A stretch of 64,000 nucleotides of DNA, from contig OX597823.1 of NCBI GenBank assembly GCA_951406725.2, positions 75,640,001 to 75,704,000 of the forward strand, given 5' to 3'. A program made the position numbers and the translations under genes. Shown one piece after another: positions 24,888 through 38,015 of the stretch. The notes under the pieces were generated by a model. The model was given only the letters and a program-made list of their open reading frames with translations. It was not told the DNA's origin and did no database searches. This DNA is from Octopus vulgaris (taxonomy: Eukaryota). Positions within the stretch are counted from its first letter, which is position 1; every line of letters starts with the position of its first letter.

Positions 24888-26525
24888 AGGCGCCTTGTCT
24901 TGCTTCTTCTACGACATTCGATATGATATTTTTTAACAATCAGCTTCGTGGGCCGAATTACTTCTGGACATTATTTCGCAAAAAATCAGCAATTCATCAA
25001 AACATGTACATTTTGTATATACGACTAATAATGTTGAAAACTCTCCTTAAAGATAAATAAAATCCCTGAAGTAGTGTACGCAATCGAATCATCACAGGTA
25101 ACACTTTGTAATATCAGGCAAGAGAAATTTAACGCATTATTACTAACATATTAGCATAATAGAACATGTCACGTACAACAGAACAATACTCTGCTATGCA
25201 GAGGTCTGCACTAATACATCTATTCTATCTTCCGTGTTAAATAATTGATGTTGAAGCTTTCTTTCTTACATAGGTACTACGAAGATGTGTATTAGCATTT
25301 AAAAATAATAGTAGTTCAGACGAAGATAGCAGTACACAATCTGAAAATATTCATACAGTTTTACAGTGCACACAATATATTCCCATTGCAATATTGTTCG
25401 ACAATTTATGAAAAAAACTTGTTAAAATCTACCAAATGCATTTTAACGTTTAAAAGCTTGTCTTCAATTTATTAAAATTCATGTTATTTTGTCAATATTT
25501 TTAGATGAAAATATATAGTTTAATCATAAGGCCTGTAATGAATAAACGTATAACGCCGCCATTTCAAATATATACACTCAGCCCAGTAAAATTCCATGCA
25601 AACACCATTTGCCATTGTATCACATTTTTTCTGTTTTTAAACAAGCAGCTATATTTTTAGTGGGTGGTAAAATGGGCGGAGACAAAGTGTATTGCCGTGA
25701 GATCTTATACGGTAGATAAAATGCTAATAATTTTTTAACATGTAACAAATAAAAAAATTAGTGCTTATAAGTAATAACTAAGGATATCACATAACACATT
25801 CTTGAATGATAATTCGACGCCGGTGTTCTCCCACACATACACAAGCACAACCATACACAAAAACGCGCGCGAGCACACACCCATACACACACACACTCAC
25901 ACACACAAACACACACAACTAAGGAAAAATCGAATGAAAAATGCAGTCAAATGATTTGCCGGTGGTTCCATGTGTTTAACATCTGATTGAGGCAGATTCT
26001 CCTTAAATTTGCAATTTGTGAACCAGATGAGAAACTGCATATCAACATCAATATGAAGTAGCCATGTGTGTTACAAATAACGTCCTATTATCCCACCTTC
26101 CAGGGCATGTTGCGTGTACACGTATTTCATGTCATGAGCGCATGATAACCAATATATACAAGTCTACCCCTAGATTAACCAATTATAATGATATAGTATG
26201 CGATTTAAATGGTCAACAGTAATCATAATGTTTTATAACTCGTTTCCGCCAGGCATGAACCATACACCTAACACACTCCTTCCCTGATCTACTCATGAGA
26301 TAATTGCTGACCATGAAGTACCATAACCTACAGATTGACGAGGTGATACTGTTAACTTGTCTGCATTGCAACGAGCATTAATGTTTAATAATACCTGATG
26401 TGGTCAAACGAAACCTGGATTATATATGCGAGTTATTAAGGTATCCGCCTGGATAATATATCACTTTTACACTCCCTTCATATATATAAGTGTGTATGTA
26501 AAAATATATAATATATATATATACA

Positions 26526-26601
<76 letters not shown>

Positions 26602-26629
26602 GTACATATATATACATAGATACTTATAC

Positions 26630-26701
<72 letters not shown>

Positions 26702-26790
26702 ATATAAAGTGTTAAGTGTGGTGTACAGATATTTAATATTGAGAAAAAACGTCGCCAGTGTTCTGGAATTTTTTTTTACTTATCTATTAT

Positions 26791-26828
26791 TATTAGCAAT
26801 TTCGTTCGTTTCATGAACTTGTCAAATA
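26791..26828 (-). ncRNA. Hammerhead-like motif with U3-A8 core (partly decayed)
   Basis: tat-UUGACAA-gttc-atgaaac-gaac-GAAA-uugc-UA^-ata. Helix II is 4 bp. Confidence 0.45.
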
Positions 26829-27373
26829 GAACTTTGAGAATGTACACACACACCTTGTTCATTTATATAAAACAGATGTTTGGCGGGGATTTATTTGAGA
26901 AGATGAGAACATTTTTTTTTTATGAGATTCCATGAAAATAGAGATAGATAGATAGATAGAAGGATAGGTAGGTTGATAGATAGATAAATAGTCAGACAGA
27001 GAGATAGATAGGGAGAGAGAGGGAGAGAGAGGAGAAGAAGGGGATTTCCCTTCCTATCTCCTTCCTATCTATTCACCATTGTATTGAAATGGGTTTAAGA
27101 ATGGTAAATCTTAAAAAGAACAGGTGTGCTGTGGTCATCCCTGAAATTTATTTTCCTTTCTTTCTCTCCATTTTCCCGTTCTTCCCTTCTTTATTTTATC
27201 TTTTCTTCCTTTTTGTCCCCGTTTCTCCTCTTTCCTACTTTTTTTCATCTTCCTTTCTTTTTCTCCTCTCTGAGTTATAATTAGAATACAAAATATGCTG
27301 TCTCTGCTTTTCTTTCAAACATTCAGTTTTGCAGAGAATTTTTAATGAAATGTAGTTCTTAATATTTACAGAG

Positions 27374-27469
27374 ATGAGCATTATGTTTCTATTATTTGAG
27401 TTATATATTTTAGAATAGAATTATGAGCATTATGTTTCTATTATTTGAGTTATATATTTTAGAATAGAA
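27374..27469. repeat. Perfect 47-bp tandem duplication (period 49)
   Basis: atgagcattatgtttctattatttgagttatatattttagaatagaa at 27374-27420 and 27423-27469. Confidence 0.92.
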
Positions 27470-27644
27470 AATGTACTCTTTCCGCGTTTCTTTCAAACAT
27501 TCAACTTTGAAAAGAATTGTTTGATGAAATGTATCTATATTACTTTTCGGTAATACGGATCGTCCCGCGCACATTTTTAAAAGGGAAGAATTATGAATTT
27601 TCCGTCGCTGCATACTTCCTATCTATCTATCTATCTATCTATCT

Positions 27645-28635
27645 GCCGTCCGGGACAAAACTTATGCGATTTCAATTTAACAAACGTGTTCTATAGAGGA
27701 TTAGTGGAGAGGAGGTGCGACGACGTTCAAGAAGTAGAATCTGGGTGTCAACGAGGAACACCCAACCAGCCTGTTCAGGTCAACTTTTGGGCCGGTACCT
27801 ATGGACAGTCACCAGAAATACCTGACCTGGCAGCTATCAAGAATCAATGCCCATTTCGGGATAAGCTATACAAGCAGGCTTCGAGACACACCAGACCGAC
27901 TTGCCCGAGACGCGTTCAGGGTGACGAAACCGTTCTGCACGCACTCGTGCAGTGTCCAACCATTTCGGATCTGTGGGCTTATGCCGAACGGATGCTGTTA
28001 CGTGTGGGACGAGTTCGCTTGTCGGCCGAGTCTATGGTGAAAATTACTCCGCCACAATCTCTTAACCGGGACGGCAAGGCAGTCTTCATTGTACCGGTGG
28101 CCATGGTTAAATAATGTGAGTGGTGGAATCGAACGAAAGTTTTAAAGACAAACACTTACCTCTCTGGCCAATCGCTAATCAACTTGTTCAAGTACCACTT
28201 GAAAAGGAAGGTAATAATAGAGAGAGAAGTCTTATCTCGTGAAACATTCAATAAAGGCTGGGTGAATGTAGCAAACATGATACGTACGAATGAGAAAACC
28301 ACTTTGAGCATGATCTTGTAAATGGTAAAGGACGAGATTAAGAGAGTTAGGTAGTAATTTGCCCTCATGTGTTTCCTCCTCCCTGCCTGACGTTACCGTG
28401 CTCTTTTTCGTAGGCTTTTCTTTCTAAGGATAAACCTAATTTGTCTCTTTTTTTACATTTATGATATTTTCTGTGATACACGATCCCTTTTCATTCCTTT
28501 GTTTTTGTTTTACACGATCCTTTTTGATCGGAAGTTTATTTCCGCTTCCTTTTCTTTGACTATTTTAAAAAAAAAAAGCTCTACATTTTATTTTTGTCCC
28601 CTCTGTGTTCGACTCTGTGTAGCTAATAAAACTAC
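27645..28635 (+). mobile_element. 5'-truncated L1/Tx1-clade LINE (ORF2 C-terminal zf-RVT/CCHC region and 3' UTR)
   Basis: TCPRRVQGDETVLHALVQCPTISDLW (CxxC...E...H....C....W), continuing after a stop as WWNRTK...LSGQSLINLFKYHLKRK...FNKGW. T-rich 3' UTR, aataaa near 28626, and (CTAT)n on both sides. Confidence 0.8.
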
Positions 28636-28865
28636 TTATTTATCTATCTCCATTGTTATGGAACCTCACCCAAAGAAACAAAAAAAAAAACTATGTTCTC
28701 CTCTTCTACAACATCTTCCCCTAAAAACACCTGTTATATAAATGAACAAGCTGTTTGTACATTCAGAAAATTGGATTTGACAAGTTCGGGAAACCAACGA
28801 ATGCACTGATAATAATGAATAAATGAAAAGAATTGTTTTTCCAAAATTCGGGCGATGTTTTTCTG

Positions 28866-28917
<52 letters not shown>

Positions 28918-29698
28918 CAAAATATCCTTGTTGCTTATTTTGATTGGAATCACTTCATTTTGAAATTATATGGATGATACCGCACTAAATTCTTGTGCCT
29001 CAATTTAAGTACCATATATTCACCTGAATCTAAATTTTGCTATATATATATATGAAGATTTTTATCGTCACTACTTCTCCCTGAAGTTGCCGAATCACCT
29101 GTATTGCAAGAAATACTAAGAACGCTTAACGATGTAAGACTAGTTACACTCACCCAGATATATGACACCAACTTCAATATATGACGAGTGAAAATTGTTA
29201 AGGAGCGTGCCTGAAGCGAAGTGTAGAACTGAATATCAATTCCCAATAATAATACAAAATAATATAAAAAACGACTTCATTTCCTATATGTCTTTCATAA
29301 CGCAGCAATGAAATGTATTTACCACTACTGAAACGGTACAAAGAATGCATACATGTCAATGTAGTAAATAATCCGGATAATCTTCCCATACTGACATTCC
29401 ATCAAACTCACCATCACTATTATATAACAGCATATAGAAGAGCGCATTGAAAGATATAAGCAGCAAACTTCAAGACGGTAAACGAGTTTTTTTGCATGTA
29501 TAGAAAGCACGGACTCGTATATTCACCTCACTGACGCACACGCGCGCTGAAACGCACGTACATACACACATGGACACACTCACTAACACATTCACACACA
29601 TACACACACACAATCACATAAAGTGTGTATATATATATAGAGAGAGAGAAAGAGAGAGAGAGGGAGTTATATAGATGGATATATCTGGAGAAACGTCA

Positions 29699-29734
<36 letters not shown>

Positions 29735-29737
29735 TAG

Positions 29738-29799
29738 AACTGTTTCATTCAAGAGAAATCTTCAGGAAGCTTCCTGAAGATTTCTCTTGAATGAAACAG

Positions 29800-29801
<2 letters not shown>
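29738..29801. repeat. Perfect 64-bp spacerless palindrome inside (TA)n
   Basis: aactgtttcattcaagagaaatcttcaggaag|cttcctgaagatttctcttgaatgaaacagtt; 32-bp arms with no mismatches. Confidence 0.95.
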
Positions 29802-29840
<39 letters not shown>

Positions 29841-30112
29841 GAGTTTGGGGCAGGTTGGATACTGTTTCGCAAATATCGGTCAGTAAAAATGCAATAGGAC
29901 GATAGATTACTGTGTAAAAAAAATAGATTTAATAGGTTGATATACGCAGAAAGACGAGTTAGGACACGTTTACAGTGATTTGCAAATATAGATACCAGTG
30001 AAAATTAGATTTTGCTCACACAGACATACACAACGCACATACACGCAAGCACGCACACACAAATATGCGTATAAATACAGGCGCACGCACGTACATATGT
30101 ACATACGATATG

Positions 30113-30304
<192 letters not shown>

Positions 30305-30544
30305 GTGTATGTATATAACAAAAAAATATATATATATGCATATAAATATATCTTATTAACTAGACTACATTATCCTAATATAATTTCTTGAATATTGTAA
30401 TTTATTCTCCTTCCAATTAATAGTTATTATTAATGTATTTTTCTTTAATAATTCTTTGCATTAAATATAAATTACTGCTTTAGCAATGTATACTTATACG
30501 TACACACACATACAAACGCGTACTTACATACACACACACACACA

Positions 30545-30651
<107 letters not shown>

Positions 30652-31312
30652 GCTTGAGCCAGTGTGAATAAGTGTGCTGAATAGTCGAATTTACTAGCCT
30701 AATTGTGTCTGAATTGTTTCCTTTATTATAATGAGCTTTATTCCTCTCATCTTCAATCCTCACCAGAATACTTCCCCACATTAAACAAAAATCATGTATC
30801 CACAGTGCGAATGATTATTGCGGCTTTTGCGTTGGTCGATGCACTTAGAAAATCCAAATATATCACGACTTCCTTTCAACGCTTGATCCTCGCTTTTTAC
30901 AAATAATCATACATATGCAGCGGTTATTTAAAGGAATTGCTGATATGAACGAGAAAAATTGTACTGATTAGTAATTAGGTGATTCTTCTTTGAAAAGAAC
31001 ATAGTCCGTGTGTTTTGATAATACATTGTGTTACATTACATACAGAAAAACGTGGGCGATTGAGCTACATTTCCCGTATATTTTGTATTCCTGCTAATGA
31101 ATAGAGGCATTGCCATTGTTTGTAATTTCGGAAGCTTACTAATTCACATGAACCCATTCAAACATATCTCAATCAATTTTTCTTCTAACTTCCTCCCTAT
31201 TATTATGCTGATTCAGTCAACCGACAAGAAGTATTGATGAGTTCAGCTTAATTTTATCAAGGGTAACAGTAATATGTGTATATGTGTGTATGTATATGTA
31301 TGTATGTATGTA

Positions 31313-31406
<94 letters not shown>

Positions 31407-31454
31407 TCAATCAATCTATATATATATATATAAATCAATCAATCTATATATATG

Positions 31455-31504
<50 letters not shown>

Positions 31505-31506
<2 letters not shown>

Positions 31507-31720
31507 ACATATTTAAGATTCAGCTGACTAAGGTACTTAAGATGATGTACCAAGCCACTCCGGTATGATCGGCAAGGAAGACTCGAAGTTTTATTTATAC
31601 ACACATACATGCATGCATACATACATACATACATACATACATACATACATACATACATACATACATACATACATACATACATACATACATACATACAGTC
31701 ATACATACATACATACATAC
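31505..31720 (+). mobile_element. Extreme 3' end of a probable R4/Dong-like LINE with a long (TACA)n tail
   Basis: KTYLRFS* parallels CKTFESFIF* at about 44705-44730 (minus). A short 3' UTR is followed by about 110 bp of (TACA)n. Confidence 0.45.
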
Positions 31721-32398
31721 ATATATATATCATTATAACTTCAGTAACATTCTTCCAACTGGGTGTTTCGAAACCGCAACTTCAAATCACTATACAATAG
31801 CAGCATACACGCACAAGTTGCCGACGTCACCTATCTCTAGACCAATGAAATTTTACAAACACTCGTTGGTGACATCGCCTTTAAGAGATGACTGGTCCCC
31901 ACAGCGCAGCCAACCAGGTAGAACAAGACTTGACGACCGGATAAACAAGAAGTCAGTAGAACTTAAACGAATAAAAAACCAGATTCGCTCGTTGAAAAGT
32001 TTATAAAACACCGGATTCCAAAATACACCGTTATCCTTAATTTCTCCTTTGATTTTTTCCCTCTTAACTCAGCATGACTGAAAATCTGATGTTATACATT
32101 TCTAGTCGATCACTACTAACACTAATGAGCTTTGTACATTCCAACAAACTGATGCACAGTTTCCATTATTCACTTATGAACTTTTAAACTCATCAACATC
32201 GAAATTTTTTAACATGTTTTTCTAATTCATAATTCAAATTTTTCCTGTTATTTACATTTGAATTTTTGAAATTTGAAACATTAAAAAATGGATTTCTAAT
32301 TCGTAATTCTACTTTTTGCCTATCATAAGCAAAAAATAATGTTGAAACAATTGTAAACAATAACAAGGTTTTTCAAATTCAGGTGCAACAATAAATTT

Positions 32399-32592
<194 letters not shown>

Positions 32593-32829
32593 CAAGTGTT
32601 AACTCAAACCTTTTGAAATAATTATAGTTATACTTTATATACTTCTTATTTAATACAAGACTATTTATATTATGGATGTATCTGAACTGTGATTTGTATG
32701 GTCTAATTTTTCCTTTTATATTCTAATTTATAATCGCTGAAATCGAATTTGTAAAGGTTTTAGACATTTCTCATATTAAGTGCACTTATTTGAAATCCAG
32801 TATATTTTATTCGCAAAAGAATGTATTTG

Positions 32830-32871
<42 letters not shown>

Positions 32872-33118
32872 ATTTATAATAGAATTTTTAAGTAATATTT
32901 CACAAGTCATCTCTTTACATTTTCTTTAAATTCTAAAGATTCATAATGAATTAAATTGGGGATTCCATAATATGTATATATTTCCCCATCCTAAAATTGA
33001 TATATGCTTATTACCCTTAAGCTTTCTGTAAGAACAAAAATTGTATTTAGCAAGCCGTAACATCTTCTTTGCACTTCTTCGAAAACTTTCCCTTAACGAA
33101 TCTTAAATTAACGAGTGA

Positions 33119-33322
33119 GGCGGCGAGCTGACAGAATTGTTAGCACCCTGAGTAACATACATGGCAGTACATTTCCCACCTTTACGTTCTAAACCCAAAT
33201 TCAACCGAGATCGACTTTGCTTTCATTCTTCGAAGTCGATAAAATAAATACCGGTACTGGAGTAGATGTAATCTACTTCACCCCTCCTCCGAAATTTGCT
33301 GGCCTTGTACTAAAATTCGAAG
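33119..33322 (+). mobile_element. Decayed Nin/Deu-domain tRNA SINE (family of 59070-59300)
   Basis: ggcggcgagctgacagaattgttagcac...caaattcaaccgagatcgactttgctttcattcttcgaagtcgataaaataaataccgg. Confidence 0.82.
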
Positions 33323-34324
33323 CGTAAATTAAGAAGTCATTCGATAAGTTTATATCTTCCTGCTATGCACAAATGTGTTGGCTGTATATATATACATAGA
33401 CATACAAAAAAAAACACACATATATGTAAATATATAAAATATAAAAAAAGGTAATATATATGTATTTGTTGTGTGTGCATATACATCAATATATATTCAT
33501 ATATATGCGTATAATTAATAAGGTGGTATTTCAAGTGTAGAATAGATAAGCACCGAATGAATTCTCGAATTAATCGAATTCTTCAATTCCAACATCCCTA
33601 TCTAGATTAAGTAGCTACAGGGAACAATGAACAGAAATGTTGGACAAACTATTGTAGATGACAAGAATTCACTTGTGTAAGATTTTACGTGTACACCTAC
33701 ACGATAAATATATAATATTATGCATTTGTTTCAATGATGCAGAATATGGTGAACATCATGATGCATATTAATATCCGTGCACTATGAAGCAATATTACAT
33801 CCGGCGTAAAAAACAAAGGAAAAGTAGCAGAAAATAGCAAAAATATAAAGAAAAATTATATTATCACTTAGCCTGAAGTTTGATATACGAGTTACGTTCA
33901 ACCGAAAATCGACGGGCATTTTATTTAGGAGGGCGATTAGAAAATTCTGTAGTTATTGGCAACATATTCATGTTTTACACTCGTGATAAATGCAGACGTA
34001 TAGAAATGCAGCTTGGAAGACCGGGATAATTAGTAACAGAAAGATGAGATGAATACAGGTACGTGGAAGGAAAGAGCATAAAATAAAGAGCCATATGAAT
34101 GTTAGTAAAATCTGAGGAGCGTTATTGTGTAACGGATTGAAATAATAGTAGTATGAGAGGTTCGCTCATTAATTTTCAAAAGTTTGACTTGTAAAGGAAA
34201 ACTGGTAAATATAAGTATTGGTGATGATGGAATAAGAAGTCTAAATGATATATATTAAAAGTAGTCTGGGAATAAATAGCACATGAAAGAACCAGATAGA
34301 GTGTTATATATAATATATGTGTAT

Positions 34325-35492
34325 GCATGACTGCTTTTTTTATTCATTTGTTAGATGAATTCTTACGTTTCTCTCAAATGCTATTTGAATTAATACGAAT
34401 GATTTTATTGTGCAGTTGTATTGTTTGCGTTTTGTTTCTCTTTCGTCACTCTGCTCTTCCTCTATATCTTTTCTTCATCTTTTTTATAAGTTGTATAAAT
34501 TTTTCTTCTTTTAATAATATGACGATGCCGTGAAAAAGAGAAAACTATGTGTACTTTCGACACCTGTCTTTTCTTCGATTTCAGTCAAGGTACGAATGTT
34601 GCCAAAGCCGCTCGAGATGTTTGTGTTCTATTACTGGAAGAGCAGCACCGGAACGTTTTTCACGCTTGAAGGAAGGGAAAATTCAACTTCACATATTCAC
34701 CGTCTTCCAACCAAAACGTTTTCCACAAAGTGATTTTTCTGAATTAACTTATCCTTGTGGATGAGTCATTTTTCAGATGGGATGCTCTCTTGATATGGTC
34801 ACATGTCACCAATGGGAGAGGTACAAAACACAGTGCATGTATGCTACACGCGCTGAGAAAAAAAGGATACAAACTTCAATGCTCCACTTCACCAATATGA
34901 AGAAGAGTAAAGAACAGCTGAATCCCAACAAGCTGAGACCCCAGGCAAGCTAGAGCAGTAGACACGCAAAACATTGATATGTGTATTATAAGATCGGGAA
35001 GAGTTAATCCGCTTCATCATGTTTATATAGAACTCCGTAGTTAATGCTGTGATATCCCTTTTGCAAATGCGACGGTAAAACGAAGCAATCACGTTCAAAC
35101 AACCTGAAATTCAACATGGTGTGCTTCTTTAACAGAATAATGCTTGCTCCAGTGTGTTACGTAGATGATGGAAATTAGTGTTTAAGTGATGTTTTGGGAA
35201 GTTCTACAGCGATCACGTTTTCTTCTGATATGGCGCATTCAGATTATCAAGTTCTTTATTATTTATTATTATTTTTGGTCGCCTTCCAAAAGTTCGCAAA
35301 ACGAATCTTTCAGCACAATGTTCATAATGAATTTCTTCAATCATGGCATTCACCGGTAAGTGGAACGCTAGCAAGAAGTTGTGAGCAATGATGAAGAATA
35401 CATTAATGACTTATTTATTAGAATTGTAGATGAAAATTGGTGATTATAATAAATCGTGGAAATCAACGCAAAAATTTATCTGACAACTCAAT
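34325..35492 (+). mobile_element. Heavily decayed mariner element
   Basis: ENYVYFRHL N-terminus, vanishing remnants of L..NA and FSSDMAHSDYQV (YSPDLAPSDY), and a right TIR aaatttatctgacaactcaa. The left boundary is approximate. Confidence 0.8.
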
Positions 35493-36608
35493 GTTTATCG
35501 TGTATTCCACCTCACCAGTATTGTTATAATAAAGATTGTACTTATGGACAACTCTGTCGTTCTGCGCAACTGGTGAACTAGACTCTCTGCATAAAATAAT
35601 TCTGAGTTATAAGCGAAAATCATCAGATTTGTCATAGGCTTTACCTGATAATGGATACGCAAATTATAAGGTGATGGAAAATTGAAACGTAGGCTGTAAC
35701 AACAATAGCAGGAAAAATATTGAACAGAACGTTAGATTATAATATTCTTACAGAACTATGCTAGCGTAGATCCAAGGTGACTAAAATGCTGCACCAAAGA
35801 CAAGAGCAATCAGCACAATTATCCATCTACAGAAGGCGGGCGAAATTCAGGAATATTAGAGTGCGCAGACTAACATCTCATTACTTGTCCCCCATATTTT
35901 TTACAAAAGAGATTAAAGAGAATATTTAAGTTCTGAAACAGTGAGATGAAATTTTTGAGAACCCCGTGTAAATCTGTGTATGTCAAAAGTTCAAACATAT
36001 TAAATATGCTTTCTTCTATTATCTTTAGGTATTAAATTCATTTTGGTATCTTACAGTGTATATATCTATGATCAGTAAAAACTAAAAAATCGGTTACTTT
36101 ATCAGGCGTTAATCTTCGCGTCAGAAATTATATCGTTTTTACAGTTTTATTAGAATGTATGCATATGCTATACGTTAATCATTAGAAAAGCAATTGCATA
36201 ATTATCATGAATATCTAATCATAAAAAACTAATTTACTGCAGAAAAAAGTTATAACCACGTAACTTCATTAGGAAGATATAAACTGACAACTACAGTTCA
36301 AATCACGTTCTAGATTCTCCTGGAGATTGAGTGAATTTTTTGTCGGCATTTATTCCTCATTCCAAATTCTAATAGGGGATATCTAACGGGATTTGTTGCT
36401 CATTTTAGCAAATTAATCACGTGTAATGGTGAATAAATGATACCAAATTTTTTTCAATGTCTTATTATGATATCCAATTATTCTGCAAAACTATATTTAC
36501 AATATTTTTCTCATCTTTTTCATGCACCACGCAAATGTAGCATAGCACGATGGAGTCCTGGAATAAGTAGATGTGTTTCAAGGGGAGACTGCTTCGATTA
36601 TTATCTTA

Positions 36609-36663
<55 letters not shown>

Positions 36664-36695
36664 GTATATATACATGCATATATATACATATAAAT

Positions 36696-36755
<60 letters not shown>

Positions 36756-36893
36756 ATATACCCATTTTTATGTATTTATATGTATGTGTGTGTACGCGAG
36801 TAAGTATATAAATGCAAAAAAGGGGGAAAATTGTATTCGAATACCAACTACAGAGTAATTTATCAGTTATCAAAGCCGAAACAAATCTTCCCA

Positions 36894-36935
36894 AACTATT
36901 ATTAAGTGTTTCAAACTAGGATTCCTCAGATAGTT
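36894..36935 (-). ncRNA. Decayed hammerhead-like motif
   Basis: aactat-CUGAGGA-atcctagttt-GAAAC-actta-AUA^-atagtt. Helix I is a perfect 6 bp; helices II and III are damaged. Confidence 0.4.
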
Positions 36936-36962
36936 GTAATATACATACTTGCATACACACAA

Positions 36963-37019
<57 letters not shown>

Positions 37020-37325
37020 TATTTTTGTATACACACAAACACACACACACATACACACACATACACACACATATATATATATATATAGCTCATGGATGAC
37101 AATCAGATATTCTCCGTAAACAATACATTTAGTAGGACTCAACAGATTTTAACTTGATCGGATACAGAAGTAATTGTAAGGCTAAGCAAGTTTGACAGAA
37201 AATTATATAATGTATATTAAATACATGAAATACAAAAACTGTATATGTTTACATACAAAAATTCCCATTTATACAGAATACAAATGATATAGACAATTAA
37301 AGGGATTGAAGAAAAGTATTTCAAA

Positions 37326-37416
37326 TCCAACAGCTGTTTCTGGTGGCTTGGTGCTTCAAAATAATATTTGTACATTGATACCATTGGAGAATGAGACGAG
37401 CCTCCGTCTTCAAGGA
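37326..37416 (-). ncRNA. Type I hammerhead-like motif with extended helix II (slightly decayed)
   Basis: tcc-UUGAAGA-c-ggaggctcg...caagccacc-a-GAAAC-agcu-GUU^-gga. Helix II pairs 7/9 and helix III is palindromic (ACAGCUGU). Confidence 0.6.
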
Positions 37417-37599
37417 AAATAACTTACATTTAAGTTGTAAAACTTGGGATTTTATTTCCACGTTTTAAAGTAGTAATTTCATATTTTGATGAATTATATT
37501 AAACAATATTAACTGTAAACGTATGTAAAGAATCGTGAAGAATCTCCAAATCCAAAACCTAAGCTATACCAGATCCATTCTCTGTAATAGATTATGGAA

Positions 37600-37806
37600 C
37601 TCTTACTCTTTTACTGTTTTACTTGTTTCAGTCATTTGGCTGTGGCCATGCTGGAGCACCACCTTTAGTCGAGCAAATCGACCCCGGGACTTATTCTTTG
37701 TAAGCCCAGTACTTATTCTATCGGTCTCTTTTGTCGAACCGCTAAGTGACGGGGACGTAAACACACCAGCATCGGTTGTCAAGCAATGTTAGGGGGACAA
37801 ACACAA

Positions 37807-37849
<43 letters not shown>

Positions 37850-38015
37850 TACGACAGGCTTCTTTCAATTTCCGTCTACCAAATCCACTCACAAGGCATT
37901 GGTCGGCCCGGGGCTATAGCAGAAGACACTTGCCCAAGATGCCACACAGTGGGACTGAACCCGGAACCATGTGGTTGGTTAGCAAGCTACTTACCACACA
38001 GCCACTCCTGCGCCT
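37600..38015 (-). mobile_element. Full-length tRNA-derived CORE-type SINE, resembling the octopus OR/OK SINE families (exact family not verified)
   Basis: Minus-strand head aggcgcaggagtggctgtgtggtaag (A box) and ccgggttcagtccc (B box), then CORE-like cttgggcaagtgtct, internal (TA)/(TG)n and a gtaaaagagtaagag tail. Confidence 0.92.

Larger units (their letters stand above)
26735..28870. mobile_element. Element bounded by about 220-bp diverged inverted repeats (26735-26960 versus 27618-27644 plus 28632-28870), each with a UUGACAA HHR-like core; outer ends at (TA)n
   Basis: The reverse complement of the left arm (tatataaatgaacaaggtgtg...tacattc...atttgacaagttc...aacgaa...ggcgacgtttt) aligns with the plus-strand right arm (tatataaatgaacaagctgtttgtacattc...atttgacaagttc...aacgaa...ggcgatgtttt). 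Confidence 0.7.

Noticed and set aside
29050-29200. Protein-like frame RFLSSLLLPEVAESPVLQEILRTLNDVRLVTLTQIYD
   Set aside because: Short, no splice or start context and no family I can recognise.
34111-34160. ctgagga-gcgtta/taacg...gaaa HHR-like string
   Set aside because: No helix I or III pairing and extra bases before GAAA; likely chance.
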